Part shown: positions 1 through 11,800 of the stretch, piece after piece
Layout of the letters: the number at the start of each line of letters is the position of its first letter
How positions within the stretch are numbered: position 1 is the stretch's first letter
Origin: Nitrosopumilus sp.
GTDB lineage: Archaea > Thermoproteota > Nitrososphaeria > Nitrososphaerales > Nitrosopumilaceae
Assembly (NCBI GenBank): GCA_965197525.1
Contig: OZ240211.1
Location: 480,001 to 544,000 of the forward strand
Reading direction: 5' to 3'
Length of the DNA: 64,000 bases
Translations under genes and position numbers: made by a program
The notes under the pieces: generated by a model
The model's database searches: none
What the model was told of the DNA's origin: nothing
What the model saw: only the letters and a program-made list of their open reading frames with translations

Positions 1-602
1 TGTATTGTGTTCTCCTTTATGGATAACAGTTTGTTTGTCTTGTAGACTGTCACCTCTTTCTCGTTCCCACACGTCACATTTCTTAGGTTTCTGTCTATTC
101 CCACTTGATTGGTGCACTCTATCTCTTGTACTGTTTTTGAAACACAAAGACTGATGTTCAGAGCAGTCAATGAAAACGAGCGCACCGTCAAGGCGGGATC
201 AGATAGGATTTTTTGGGTGTGATCGTTGAGTAAAATGTTGATTGGGTTATGTTTCTTGTATGAGATTGTTAATAGTGCACCGCTGTGTTGTATACCGTAA
301 CAGTTTGTCATAAAGGGATTTTTGAGTATTGGGTCTCTTATTCTGACACCTCGTTTGATTGATTGTTTTCTGTTTGATAACATGCCTGCAGCTCGTGATA
401 TTGCATTTAGTTTGTATGAAGACAGGATGTCATAATTACGTAATTCATGATAACATAACATGGACAACCTCTTCATATTGTGAGTGTCTTCTTTCAATCC
501 TGTCTTGATGCAATGATTGACCATCTTTGTGAATATAGCCATCATATCCATTAGATCAGAGTTTGGCGTATATTTCTGTGATATTGACTTTATCGCTTTC
601 AA
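1..602 (-). CDS. tnpB: TnpB-family RNA-guided nuclease, N-terminal 200 codons (truncated by window edge)
   Basis: Manual translation from TTG at 602: MKAIKSISQKYTPNSDL...VGIDRNLRNVTCG. Open to the edge, near-identical to 48445..49638, RuvC-I Asp present. Not in the ORF track. Confidence 0.9.
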   Translation of the reverse strand, partial: MKAIKSISQKYTPNSDLMDMMAIFTKMVNHCIKTGLKEDTHNMKRLSMLCYHELRNYDILSSYKLNAISRAAGMLSNRKQSIKRGVRIRDPILKNPFMTNCYGIQHSGALLTISYKKHNPINILLNDHTQKILSDPALTVRSFSLTALNISLCVSKTVQEIECTNQVGIDRNLRNVTCGNEKEVTVYKTNKLLSIKENTI

Positions 603-674
603 CGAATATCTTACGGTTTAGAGGTTTATACAATTTAGGGATTAACAGATAACCCTCGATAACTTCACAGAACC
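1..674 (-). mobile_element. TIR-bounded tnpB element E1 (left end present; runs off window start)
   Basis: Minus-strand end GGTTCTGTGAAGTTATCG at 674 followed by tnpB. Closely matches 48374-48445 and is the exact reverse complement of the outer 18 bp of the E5 right TIR. Confidence 0.85.
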
Positions 675-918
675 GTTGATAGCAATACTCTAATGCGTGT
701 CACAGCACTGCAGAATAATCGGATTCGACTAACTGTTTGACCTCTAAATCTCATTTTCGGTTCCTATCCAACAATGCAGTCATATAGATAATCATATTCT
801 TTGGTGAGACATACGTAACATGCATACTTTGTATGCCCAATATGCTTGGACTATTTCTCCTAGAATCTATCTTCAGATAGAATAGTAATTAAACACTACA
901 CATCGCCATATTTGTCTA

Positions 919-2456
919 TAGCAACGTGCATAAGTTTCTGTACATGATGTTTTAGGACCATCAATAGGCATAATGCCTCATGTCTGTGGAATATGCCAAA
1001 AGCACAATGCAAAATGCAGGGAAAATTAAAATTCGAATTCATGTATGGCTATACATATCACATTGGAACAAAATGCAGGCGCCAAATGATACATACAGAA
1101 GATCAAACTACGTACAATCATTGCTTTTGTGCAGGTTTAGACGATACCTGGTGTGATACAATGTCGGGATTTGGCAGGCGGCGGCGATCCATCTTTATGA
1201 ATGGCCGCATGATTCCTTTGGGCGGTTTTCTTTTCCAGAACTTTTTAAAATTATAATCAAATTTGTGTATCCGTATAAACTCGTATACTGCTGCCAGATG
1301 TGAATTCTTATCTGCATAACGTATGGAATGATTCATTGCACGTTTGAGTACGCTCCATACTTCCTCTACGGGATTCAGATATGGATGTCCTACAGGATAC
1401 CACAGGACAATAATGTCGCGTTTTGCAAAGAATTCTTCTGCATCATGGGATGTATGCCACGGTGCCTTGTCTAGTATCAGGACCATCTTGCCCACCTCCC
1501 TGTACACCTTTTCCATATGTTCTAGAAAGGAGACGGTGTTGACAGTCTGACAGTGATTAAAAAACTGTCTGCCGTCGTGTGTCATGCTGCATATCATTGA
1601 GAATCTATGAAATCCTCCACTCCATAACATGAATATGCGTAGGCATGTTTTTGCCCAATATTTTGCAGACATTACAGCATCCTTGAAGTGTGATTCATCC
1701 TGGGTTACAATTGTATATCCCATCTTTGTGTACCTTGCAATCTTTTGATACAGGCTGTTCCTCCATTTGTTCACCTCTTCTATTGGTGCTCTATTAACCA
1801 TGACTGGCTGTGTCTTTTTTCTAGAGTATCCCCATTGTATGGTATATCGCCTTATCTGCGACATGTCAAGGCTTTGTCCGGACATCTCTTCTAGTTTGTC
1901 GTGCAGTTCTACTAGTGTAAATGCGCGTCCCTTGCACCAACGCCTTGCTTTCTCTAGAATTTTTCTGTCTATTTTTGGTGGACGTCCTGACCGTGGTTTG
2001 TCTGAGAGGGCCTGTCGTATTCCATGGAATGATTTTGTAGCACATGCAAACCTGCAATACCACAGGGCAACAGTACGACGATCACAATAAGATATTTTGG
2101 CAGTATTGGCAAATGTTTTGATTACCATAAATGCCAACAGCATGAATAACCGACGTGATATACGGCCTACATGTTCTACTTTTTACACTTGTTTTAGCAT
2201 TTTACGTTCGTGCATATGTACATTTAAAGAAACGCGTTTTTGACTTTTCCTATTGAGCTAGTAACCGTACGGTTAAATTTACGTTCGTGTGTAATGCTGA
2301 GCTAGTCCAAGTCTACAAATTTGTGTAAAAAAAAAATATGTTGTAGGTATACAGATGCTGTTCGGAATGCAGGAGGCGGTGATTTACACATGATGTGATG
2401 GTCAATGGACGACGATGTCCAGAAATTAGCTGTACAGAAACTTATGCATATTGCTA
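919..2456 (-). mobile_element. IS630-family insertion sequence, apparently intact
   Basis: 26-bp TIRs: TAGCAACGTGCATAAGTTTCTGTACA (919-944) vs reverse complement of 2431-2456 (24/26). TA on both sides (917-918, 2457-2458). Contains a DDE transposase. Confidence 0.9.
1118..2143 (-). CDS. IS630/Tc1-mariner family transposase
   Basis: N-terminal HTH region (PRSGRPPK) and DDE motifs QDESHF, ILDKAPWH, PYLNPVEEVW. Confidence 0.92.
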   Translation of the reverse strand: MLLAFMVIKTFANTAKISYCDRRTVALWYCRFACATKSFHGIRQALSDKPRSGRPPKIDRKILEKARRWCKGRAFTLVELHDKLEEMSGQSLDMSQIRRYTIQWGYSRKKTQPVMVNRAPIEEVNKWRNSLYQKIARYTKMGYTIVTQDESHFKDAVMSAKYWAKTCLRIFMLWSGGFHRFSMICSMTHDGRQFFNHCQTVNTVSFLEHMEKVYREVGKMVLILDKAPWHTSHDAEEFFAKRDIIVLWYPVGHPYLNPVEEVWSVLKRAMNHSIRYADKNSHLAAVYEFIRIHKFDYNFKKFWKRKPPKGIMRPFIKMDRRRLPNPDIVSHQVSSKPAQKQ

Positions 2457-2825
2457 TATGTGCAAGCTGCTTTGGGAAAATACTGTTTTTGATATCTACA
2501 AAAAATTCTGTAATCTTATGATTTACTATTTTTGTCGGGCGTCCGGATCTTGATTTTTCATACAATCCCGCAACTCCAAATTCTTTAAATCGCATAACCC
2601 AATTTTTAACTGTGTTGTAAGATTTGTAAAACATATGTGTGATTGTTGAAATCGTTTCACCTTCCTCTACGACATTTAACACTGCAAGCATCCGTTCTTT
2701 TGCTTTTGAGTTTAATTCCTTCTTGTATACATATATTAATTCCATATTCTGGTTTTCCACGATAGGCGATAAATGTTTCAAGCTATAAATGTTTCTAGTG
2801 TTTTTGAAAATTGCAAAGACTTTTT
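2457..2825 (-). pseudogene. 5' remnant of a second IS630-type element, cut by the 919-2456 insertion
   Basis: Left end AAAAAGTCTTTGCAATT and HTH-coding part are homologous to 19292-19680. Homology stops at the TA of the inserted IS. ORF 2302..2781 is a chimera reading into the TIR. Confidence 0.85.
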
Positions 2826-2850
2826 GACATCACTCTATTATGGTACGTCC

Positions 2851-5800
2851 TCAATTCGTGGTGCGGACGGTGTAAGTATGATCAGCATCAGTAGGTGCAG
2901 TGTTTGTAAGAGGATTATTTGCTGCGTCTACAATACCGTGCCCTGACGATATCAGATCAAGGTTGTATGTGCCGTCTTGAGTTGCAGAGACTGTCACGTA
3001 ATACGTATTGCCAGAACCTGAGATCGATGTTACAGGGTTTGACGTATCGCTGCTGCTGCTGCTGCTACCAGGATTGATCGTAAGCGTCCAGCTGTTCAGG
3101 GTACCGTCATCGGCAGCTGCAAAGTTGTCGTTTATCTGTAGCGTCCAGGTACCTGCAATGGAGACACCTGCAAAGTTTGGTGTGTATGTCTGGTCTATGT
3201 CATTGGCGCTGCCTCCAGAGCGGTTGTGGAGGGTCCTAGTTGCACCATCAGGTGCAACAAGATCTATCTTGAGGTCGCCTATGTACGTGTGGGAGACGTC
3301 TATTGCAACTGAGACTGACGTAACAGTACCAGAGTCTGGGACTGTGATGGTATCTGTTATGGTGTTGGCGGCAGTTATGGCAATGGCAGGAGAACGTGTC
3401 TGTGTGAACTGACCGGAATCTGCGCCAGAACCGGTTCCGCCCGTGCTGTCAGAAGACAGGGTAAAGTCAGTCTTGTTCACTCCGGTTACATCCTCACTAA
3501 AGGTCACCTCGTAGACTAGTGTCTGGCTGTCAGTAGGTGCAGCAGCAGGATTGGATCTCTCAATTGATGTGAGTGTTGGTGCTGTGGTATCAGCAGGTAC
3601 TGTGTTGACCGTGTAGGTGTGGTCTGCTCCGGTGGTGGCAGTATCAGTTAGAGGATTGTCTGCCAAATCCTTGATGCCGTGGTTTTGTACAAGATCAAGG
3701 TTGTATGTGCCGTCCTGTGTGACAGAGACTGCCACGTAATACGTATTGCCAGAACCTGAGACCGATGTTACAGGGGTTGATGTACCACTACTACTACCAG
3801 GATTGATCGTAAGCGTCCAGCTGTTCAGGGTACCGTCATCTTCAGCTGCAAAGTTGTCGTTTATCTGTAGCGTCCAGATACCTGCAATTGGAATACCTGC
3901 AAAGTCTGGTGTGTATGTCTGGTCTATGTCATCGGCGCTGCCTCCAGAGCGGTTGTGGACGGTCTTGATTGTTCCATCAGGTGCAATAAGATCGACCTTG
4001 AGGTCGCCTTTGTACGTGTGAGAGACGTCCACGGCGACAGAGACTGACGTAACAGTACCAGAGCCGGTAACTGTGATGGTATCTGTTATGGTGTTAGCTG
4101 CAGTTATGGCAATGGCAGGAGAACGTGTCTGTGTGAACTGGGCAGAGCTTGATCCGCCCGTGCTATCAGAAGACAGGGCAAAGTCAGTCTTGTCCACTCC
4201 GGTTACATCCTCGCTAAAGGTCACCTTGTAGGTCAGCGTCTGGCTGTCGGTGCTTTCTGCAACGGGACTGTACCGCTCAATTGATGATAGTGTTGGCGCA
4301 GTGGTGTCATCAGGTACGGTATTGACGGTATACGTCTCGTCAGTACCTGTAGTTGGAGTCACGTCTGTTAGTGGATTGCTTGATTTATCAGTTATATCGT
4401 GCCCTGACGATATCAGATCAAGGTTGTATGTGCCGTCCTGTGTGGCCAAAACCGTCACTTGGTACGTGTCGCCAGAACCTGAGATCGATGTTACAGGGTT
4501 TGATGTATCACTGCTGCTACTACCAAGATTGATCGTAAGCGTCCAGCTGTTTAGGGTACCGTCGTCTGCGGTGGCATAGTTGTCGTTTATCCTTAAAGTC
4601 CAGATACCTGCAATTGGAATACCTGCAAAGTCTGGTGTGTATGTCTGGTCTATGTCATCGGCGCTGCCTCCAGAGCGGTTGTGGACGGTCTTGATTGTTC
4701 CATCAGGTGCAATAAGATCGACCTTGAGGTCGCCTTTGTACGTGTGAGAGACATCCACGGCGACAGAGACTGACGTAACAGTACCAGAGCCGGTAACTGT
4801 GATGGTATCTGTTATGGTGTTGGCTGCAGTTATGGCAATGGCAGGAGAACGTGTCTGTGTGAACTGGGCAGAGCTTGATCCGCCCGTGCTATCAGAAGAC
4901 AGGGCAAAGTCAGTCTTGTCCACTCCGGTTACATCCTCGCTAAAGGTCACCTTGTAGGTCAGCGTCTGGCTGTCGGTGCTTTCTGCAACGGGACTGTACC
5001 GCTCAATTGATGATAGTGTTGGCGCAGTGGTGTCATCAGGTACGGTATTGACGGTATACGTCTCGTCAGTACCTGTAGTTGGAGTCACGTCTGTTAGTGG
5101 ATTGCTTGATTTATCAGTTATATCGTGCCCTGACGATATCAGATCAAGGTTGTATGTGCCGTCCTGTGTGGCCAAAACCGTCACTTGGTACGTGTCGCCA
5201 GAACCTGAGATCGATGTTACAGGGTTTGATGTATCACTGCTGCTACTACCAAGATTGATCGTAAGCGTCCAGCTGTTCAGGGTACCGTCGTCTGCGGTGG
5301 CATAGTTGTCGTTTATCCTTAAAGTCCAGATACCTGCAATTGGAATACCTGCAAAGTCTGGTGTGTATGTCTGGTCTATGTCATCGGCGCTGCCTCCAGA
5401 GCGGTTGTGGACGGTCTTGATTGTTCCATCAGGTGCAATAAGATCGACCTTGAGGTCGCCTTTGTACGTGTGAGAGACATCCACGGCGACAGAGACTGAC
5501 GTAACAGTACCAGAGCCGGTAACTGTGATGGTATCTGTTATGGTGTTGGCTGCAGTTATGGCAATGGCAGGAGAACGTGTCTGTGTGAACTGGGCAGAGC
5601 TTGATCCGCCCGTGCTATCAGAAGACAGGGCAAAGTCAGTCTTGTCCACTCCGGTTACATCCTCGCTAAAGGTCACCTCGTAGACTAGTGTCTGGCTGTC
5701 AGTAGTTGCAGCAACAGGATTGTATCTCTCAATTGATGTGAGTGTTGGTGCAGTGGTGTCATCAGGTACGGTATTGACGGTATACGTCTCGTCAGTACCT

Positions 5801-8800
5801 GTAGTTGGAGTCACGTCTGTTAGTGGATTGCTTGATTTATCAGTTATATCGTGCCCTGACGATATCAGATCAAGGTTGTATGTGCCGTCCTGTGTGGCCA
5901 AAACCGTCACTTGGTACGTGTCGCCAGAACCTGAGATCGATGTTACAGGGTTTGATGTATCACTGCTGCTGCTACCAGGATTGATCGTAAGCGTCCAGCT
6001 GTTCAGGGTACCGTCGTCTGCGGTGGCATAGTTGTCGTTTATCCTTAAAGTCCAGATACCTGCAATTGGAATACCTGCAAAGTCTGGTGTGTATGTCTGG
6101 TCTATGTCATCGGCGCTGCCCCCAGAGCGGTTGTGGACGGTCTTGATTGTTCCATCAGGTGCAATAAGATCAACCTTGAGGTCGCCTTTGTACGTGTGAG
6201 AGACATCCACGGCGACAGAGACTGACGTAACAGTACCAGAGCCGGTAACTGTGATGGTATCTGTTATGGTGTTGGCTGCAGTTATGGCAATGGCAGGAGA
6301 ACGTGTCTGTGTGAACTGGGCAGAGCTTGATCCGCCCGTGCTATCAGAAGACAGGGCAAAGTCAGTCTTGTCCACTCCGGTTACATCCTCGCTAAAGGTC
6401 ACCTCGTAGACTAGTGTCTGGCTGTCAGTAGTTGCAGCAACAGGATTGTATCTCTCAATTGATGTGAGTGTTGGTGCAGTGGTGTCATCAGGTACGGTAT
6501 TGACGGTATACGTCTCGTCAGTACCTGTAGTTGGAGTCACGTCTGTTAGTGGATTGCTTGATTTATCAGTTATATCGTGCCCTGACGATATCAGATCAAG
6601 GTTGTATGTGCCGTCCTGTGTGGCCAAAACCGTCACTTGGTACGTGTCGCCAGAACCTGAGATCGATGTTACAGGGTTTGATGTATCACTGCTGCTGCTA
6701 CCAGGATTGATCGTAAGCGTCCAGCTGTTCAGGGTACCGTCGTCTGCGGTGGCATAGTTGTCGTTTATCCTTAAAGTCCAGATACCTGCAATTGGAATAC
6801 CTGCAAAGTCTGGTGTGTATGTCTGGTCTATGTCATCGGCGCTGCCTCCAGAGCGGTTGTGGACGGTCTTGATTGTTCCATCAGGTGCAATAAGATCAAC
6901 CTTGAGGTCGCCTTTGTACGTGTGAGAGACGTCCACGGCGACAGAGACTGACGTAACAGTACCAGAGCCGGTAACTGTGATGGTATCTGTTATGGTGTTG
7001 GCTGCAGTTATGGCAATGGCAGGAGAACGTGTCTGTGTGAACTGGGCAGAGCTTGATCCGCCCGTGCTATCAGAAGACAGGGCAAAGTCAGTCTTGTCCA
7101 CTCCGGTTACATCCTCGCTAAAGGTCACCTCGTAGACTAGTGTCTGGCTGTCAGTAGTTGCAGCAACAGGATTGTATCTCTCAATTGATGTGAGTGTTGG
7201 TGCTGTGGTATCAGCAGGTACTGTGTTGACCGTGTAGGTGTGGTCTACTCCGGTGGTGGCAGTATCAGTTAGAGGATTGTCTGCCGAATCCTCGATGCCG
7301 TGGTTTTGTACAAGATCAAGGTTGTATGTGCCGTCACTTGATGCAGAGACTGTCACAAAGTACTGGCTGCCAGAACCGGATATGGAGGTTACAGGATTGG
7401 GGACATCGGGGGTATCACCATAATTAATTGTGAGTGTCCAGCTGTTCAGAACGCCGTCATCTGCAGATGGATAGTCGTCGTTGATCTGTAGCGTCCATGT
7501 TCCTGATATTGAGGCGCCGTTAAAGTTCGGTGTGTATGTAGCTATGATATCGTCTGAACTACCGCCTGAACGATTGTGTAACGTTTTGGTTGTACCGTCG
7601 GGGGCAACCAAATCTACCTTTAGATCACTAATGTATGTATGAGTAATGTTTAGGTCAACTGAAACTGATGCAGCATTTCCAGAATTAGACACTGATATGG
7701 TATCAACAACGTCTTGATCACCTGCTATGGCAGTTGATGGTGAGTTGGTCTGAGTGAACTGGCCAGTACCAGTACCTGGGTCGGGACCGCCCGTGCTATC
7801 AGAAGACAGAACAAAGTCAGACTGTGTCACGCCGGTCACTGCTTCGCTAAAGGTTACCTCGTAGACTAGTGTCTGGCTGTCAGTAGTTGCAGCAACAGGA
7901 TTGTATCTCTCAATTGATGTGAGTGTTGGTGCTGTGGTATCAGCAGGTACTGTGTTGACCGTGTAGGTGTGGTCTACTCCGGTGGTGGCAGTATCAGTTA
8001 GAGGATTGTCTGCCGAATCCTCGATGCCGTGGTTTTGTACAAGATCAAGGTTGTATGTGCCGTCACTTGATGCAGAGACTGTCACAAAGTACTGGCTGCC
8101 AGAACCGGATATGGAGGTTACAGGATTGGGGACATCGGGGGTATCACCATAATTAATTGTGAGTGTCCAGCTGTTCAGAACGCCGTCATCTGCAGATGGA
8201 TAGTCGTCGTTGATCTGTAGCGTCCATGTTCCTGATATTGAGGCGCCGTTAAAGTTCGGTGTGTATGTAGCTATGATATCGTCTGAACTACCGCCTGAAC
8301 GATTGTGTAACGTTTTGGTTGTACCGTCGGGGGCAACCAAATCTACCTTTAGATCACTAATGTATGTATGAGTAATGTTTAGGTCAACTGAAACTGATGC
8401 AGCATTTCCAGAATTAGACACTGATATGGTATCAACAACGTCTTGATCACCTGCTATGGCAGTTGATGGTGAGTTGGTCTGAGTGAACTGGCCAGTACCA
8501 GTACCTGGGTCGGGACCGCCCGTGCTATCAGAAGACAGAACAAAGTCAGACTGTGTCACGCCGGTCACTGCTTCGCTAAAGGTTACCTCGTAGACTAGTG
8601 TCTGGCTGTCAGTAGTTGCAGCAACAGGATTGTATCTCTCAATTGATGTGAGTGTTGGTGCTGTGGTATCAGCAGGTACTGTGTTGACCGTGTAGGTGTG
8701 GTCTACTCCGGTGGTGGCAGTATCAGTTAGAGGATTGTCTGCCGAATCCTCGATGCCGTGGTTTTGTACAAGATCAAGGTTGTATGTGCCGTCACTTGAT

Positions 8801-11800
8801 GCAGAGACTGTCACAAAGTACTGGCTGCCAGAACCGGATATGGAGGTTACAGGATTGGGGACATCGGGGGTATCACCATAATTAATTGTGAGTGTCCAGC
8901 TGTTCAGAACGCCGTCATCTGCAGATGGATAGTCGTCGTTGATCTGTAGCGTCCATGTTCCTGATATTGAGGCGCCGTTAAAGTTCGGTGTGTATGTAGC
9001 TATGATATCGTCTGAACTACCGCCTGAACGATTGTGTAACGTTTTGGTTGTACCGTCGGGGGCAACCAAATCTACCTTTAGATCACTAATGTATGTATGA
9101 GTAATGTTTAGGTCAACTGAAACTGATGCAGCATTTCCAGAATTAGACACTGATATGGTATCAACAACGTCTTGATCACCTGCTATGGCAGTTGATGGTG
9201 AGTTGGTCTGAGTGAACTGGCCAGTACCAGTACCTGGGTCGGGACCGCCCGTGCTATCAGAAGACAGAACAAAGTCAGACTGTGTCACACCGGTCACTGC
9301 TTCGCTAAAGGTTACCTCGTAGACTAGTGTCTGGCTGTCAGTAGTTGCAGCAACAGGATTGTATCTCTCAATTGATGTGAGTGTTGGTGCTGTGGTATCA
9401 GCAGGTACTGTGTTGACCGTGTAGGTGTGGTCTACTCCGGTGGTGGCAGTATCAGTTAGAGGATTGTCTGCCGAATCCTCGATGCCGTGGTTTTGTACAA
9501 GATCAAGGTTGTATGTGCCGTCACTTGATGCAGAGACTGTTACAAAGTACTGGCTGCCAGAACCGGATATGGAAGTTATAGCATTAGCGGCAGTACCCGT
9601 ACTAGCGGAAGACAGAACAAAGTCAGACTGTGTCACGCCGGTTACATCTTCGCTAAAGGTTACCTCGTAGACTAGTGTCTGGGCGTCAGTAGTTGCGGCA
9701 GCAGGATTGTATCTCTCAATTGATGTGAGTGTTGGTGCAGTGGTATCAGCAGGTACCGTGTTGACCGTGTAGGTGTGGTCTACTCCGGTGGTGGCAGTAT
9801 CAGTTAGAGGGTTATCTGCCAAATCCTCGATGCCGTGGTTTTGTACAAGATCAAGGTTGTATGTGCCGTCCTGTGTGGCCAAAACCGTCACTTGGTACGT
9901 GTCGCCAGAACCTGAGATCGATGTTACAGGGTTTGATGTACCACTACTACTACTACTGCCACTATCAGGATTGATCGTAAGCGTCCAGCTGTTCAGGGTA
10001 CCGTCGTCGGCGGTGGCATAGTTGTCGTTTATCTGTAGCGTCCAGATACCTGCAATTGAAACACCGGCAAAGTCGGGTGTGTATGTCTGGTCTATGTCAT
10101 CGGCGCTGCCTCCAGAGCGGTTGTGGACGGTCTTGATGGTTCCATCAGGTGCAATAAGATCTATCTTGAGGTCGCCTTTGTACGTGTGAGAGACGTCCAC
10201 GGCGACAGAGACTGACGTAACAGTACCGGAATCGGTAACTGTGATGGTATCTGTTATGGTGTTGGCTGCAGTTATGGCAATGGCAGGAGAACGTGTCTGT
10301 GTGAACTGGGCAGAGCTTGATCCGCCCGTGCTATCAGAAGACAGGGCAAAGTCAGTCTTGTCCACTCCGGTTACATCCTCGCTGAAGATCACCTTGTAGG
10401 TCAGCGTCTGGCTGTCGGTGTTTTCTGTAGCTGGATTGTACCGCTCAATTGATGATAGTGTTGGTGCAGTGGTGTCAGCAGGTACCGTGTTGACAGTATA
10501 TGTCTGGTCTACTCCGGTGGTGGCAGTATCAGTTAGAGGGTTATCTGCCAAATCCTCGATGCCGTGGTTTTGTACAAGATCAAGGTTGTATGTGCCGTCA
10601 CTTGACGCAGAGACCGTTACAAAGTACTGGCTGCCAGAACCGGATATGGAGGTTACAGAATTAGCGGCAGTACCCGTGCTATCAGAAGACAGAACAAAGT
10701 CAGACTGTGTCACACCGGTTACATCCTCGCTAAAGGTTACCTTGTAGATTAGCGTCTGGTTGTCGGTGTTCTGGTCTGTGGGACTGTATCTTTCAATTGA
10801 CGTGACCGTCGGGGCAATCGTGTCAACAGTGTAGGTGTGGTCGGTTCCAGTTGTTGGGGCGGTGTCAACCAGAGGGTTGCTTGATTCGTCTGTGATGCCG
10901 TGCCCCGATGACACCAGATCAAGGTTGTAGGTGCCGTCCTGCGTCGCAGAGACTGTCACGTTGTATATATAGCCGGAGCCTGTCAGACCTGTTATGCTGC
11001 CTGCCCCTGTACTTCCAGGGGACAGGGCAAAGTCGGCTGAATGCACGCCAGTCACATTCTCGCTGAAAGTCACTCGGTAGATTAGCGTCTGACTAGAAGT
11101 TGTTGTACCTGACGGGCTGAACCGCTCTATCGACGAGATCGTGGGGGCGGTGGTGTCTGCAGGAATGGTGCTGACCGTGTAGGTGTGGTCGACCCCGGTG
11201 GAGGTGGTGTCAACCAGAGGGTTGCTTGATTCGTCTGTGATGCCGTGCCCCGATGACACCAGATCAAGGTTGTAGGTGCCGTCCTGCGTCGCAGAGACTG
11301 TCACGTTGTATATATAGCCGGAGCCTGTCAGACCTGTTATGCTGCCTGCCCCGGTACTTCCAGGGGACAGGGCAAAGTCGGCTGAATGCACGCCAGTCAC
11401 ATTCTCGCTGAAAGTCACTCGGTAGATTAGCGTCTGACTAGAAGTTGTTGTACCTGACGGGCTGAACCGCTCTATCGACGAGATCGTGGGGGCGGTGGTG
11501 TCTGCAGGAATGGTGCTGACCGTGTAGGTGTGGTCGACCCCGGTGGAGGTGGTGTCAACCAGAGGGTTGCTTGATTCGTCTGTGATGCCGTGCCCCGATG
11601 ACACCAGATCAAGGTTGTAGGTGCCGTCCTGCGTCGCAGAGACTGTCACGTTGTATATATAGCCGGAGCCTGTCAGACCTGTTATGCTGCCTGCCCCGGT
11701 ACTTCCAGGGGACAGGGCAAAGTCGGCTGAATGCACGCCAGTCACATTCTCGCTGAAAGTCACTCGGTAGATTAGCGTCTGACTAGAAGTTGTTGTACCT

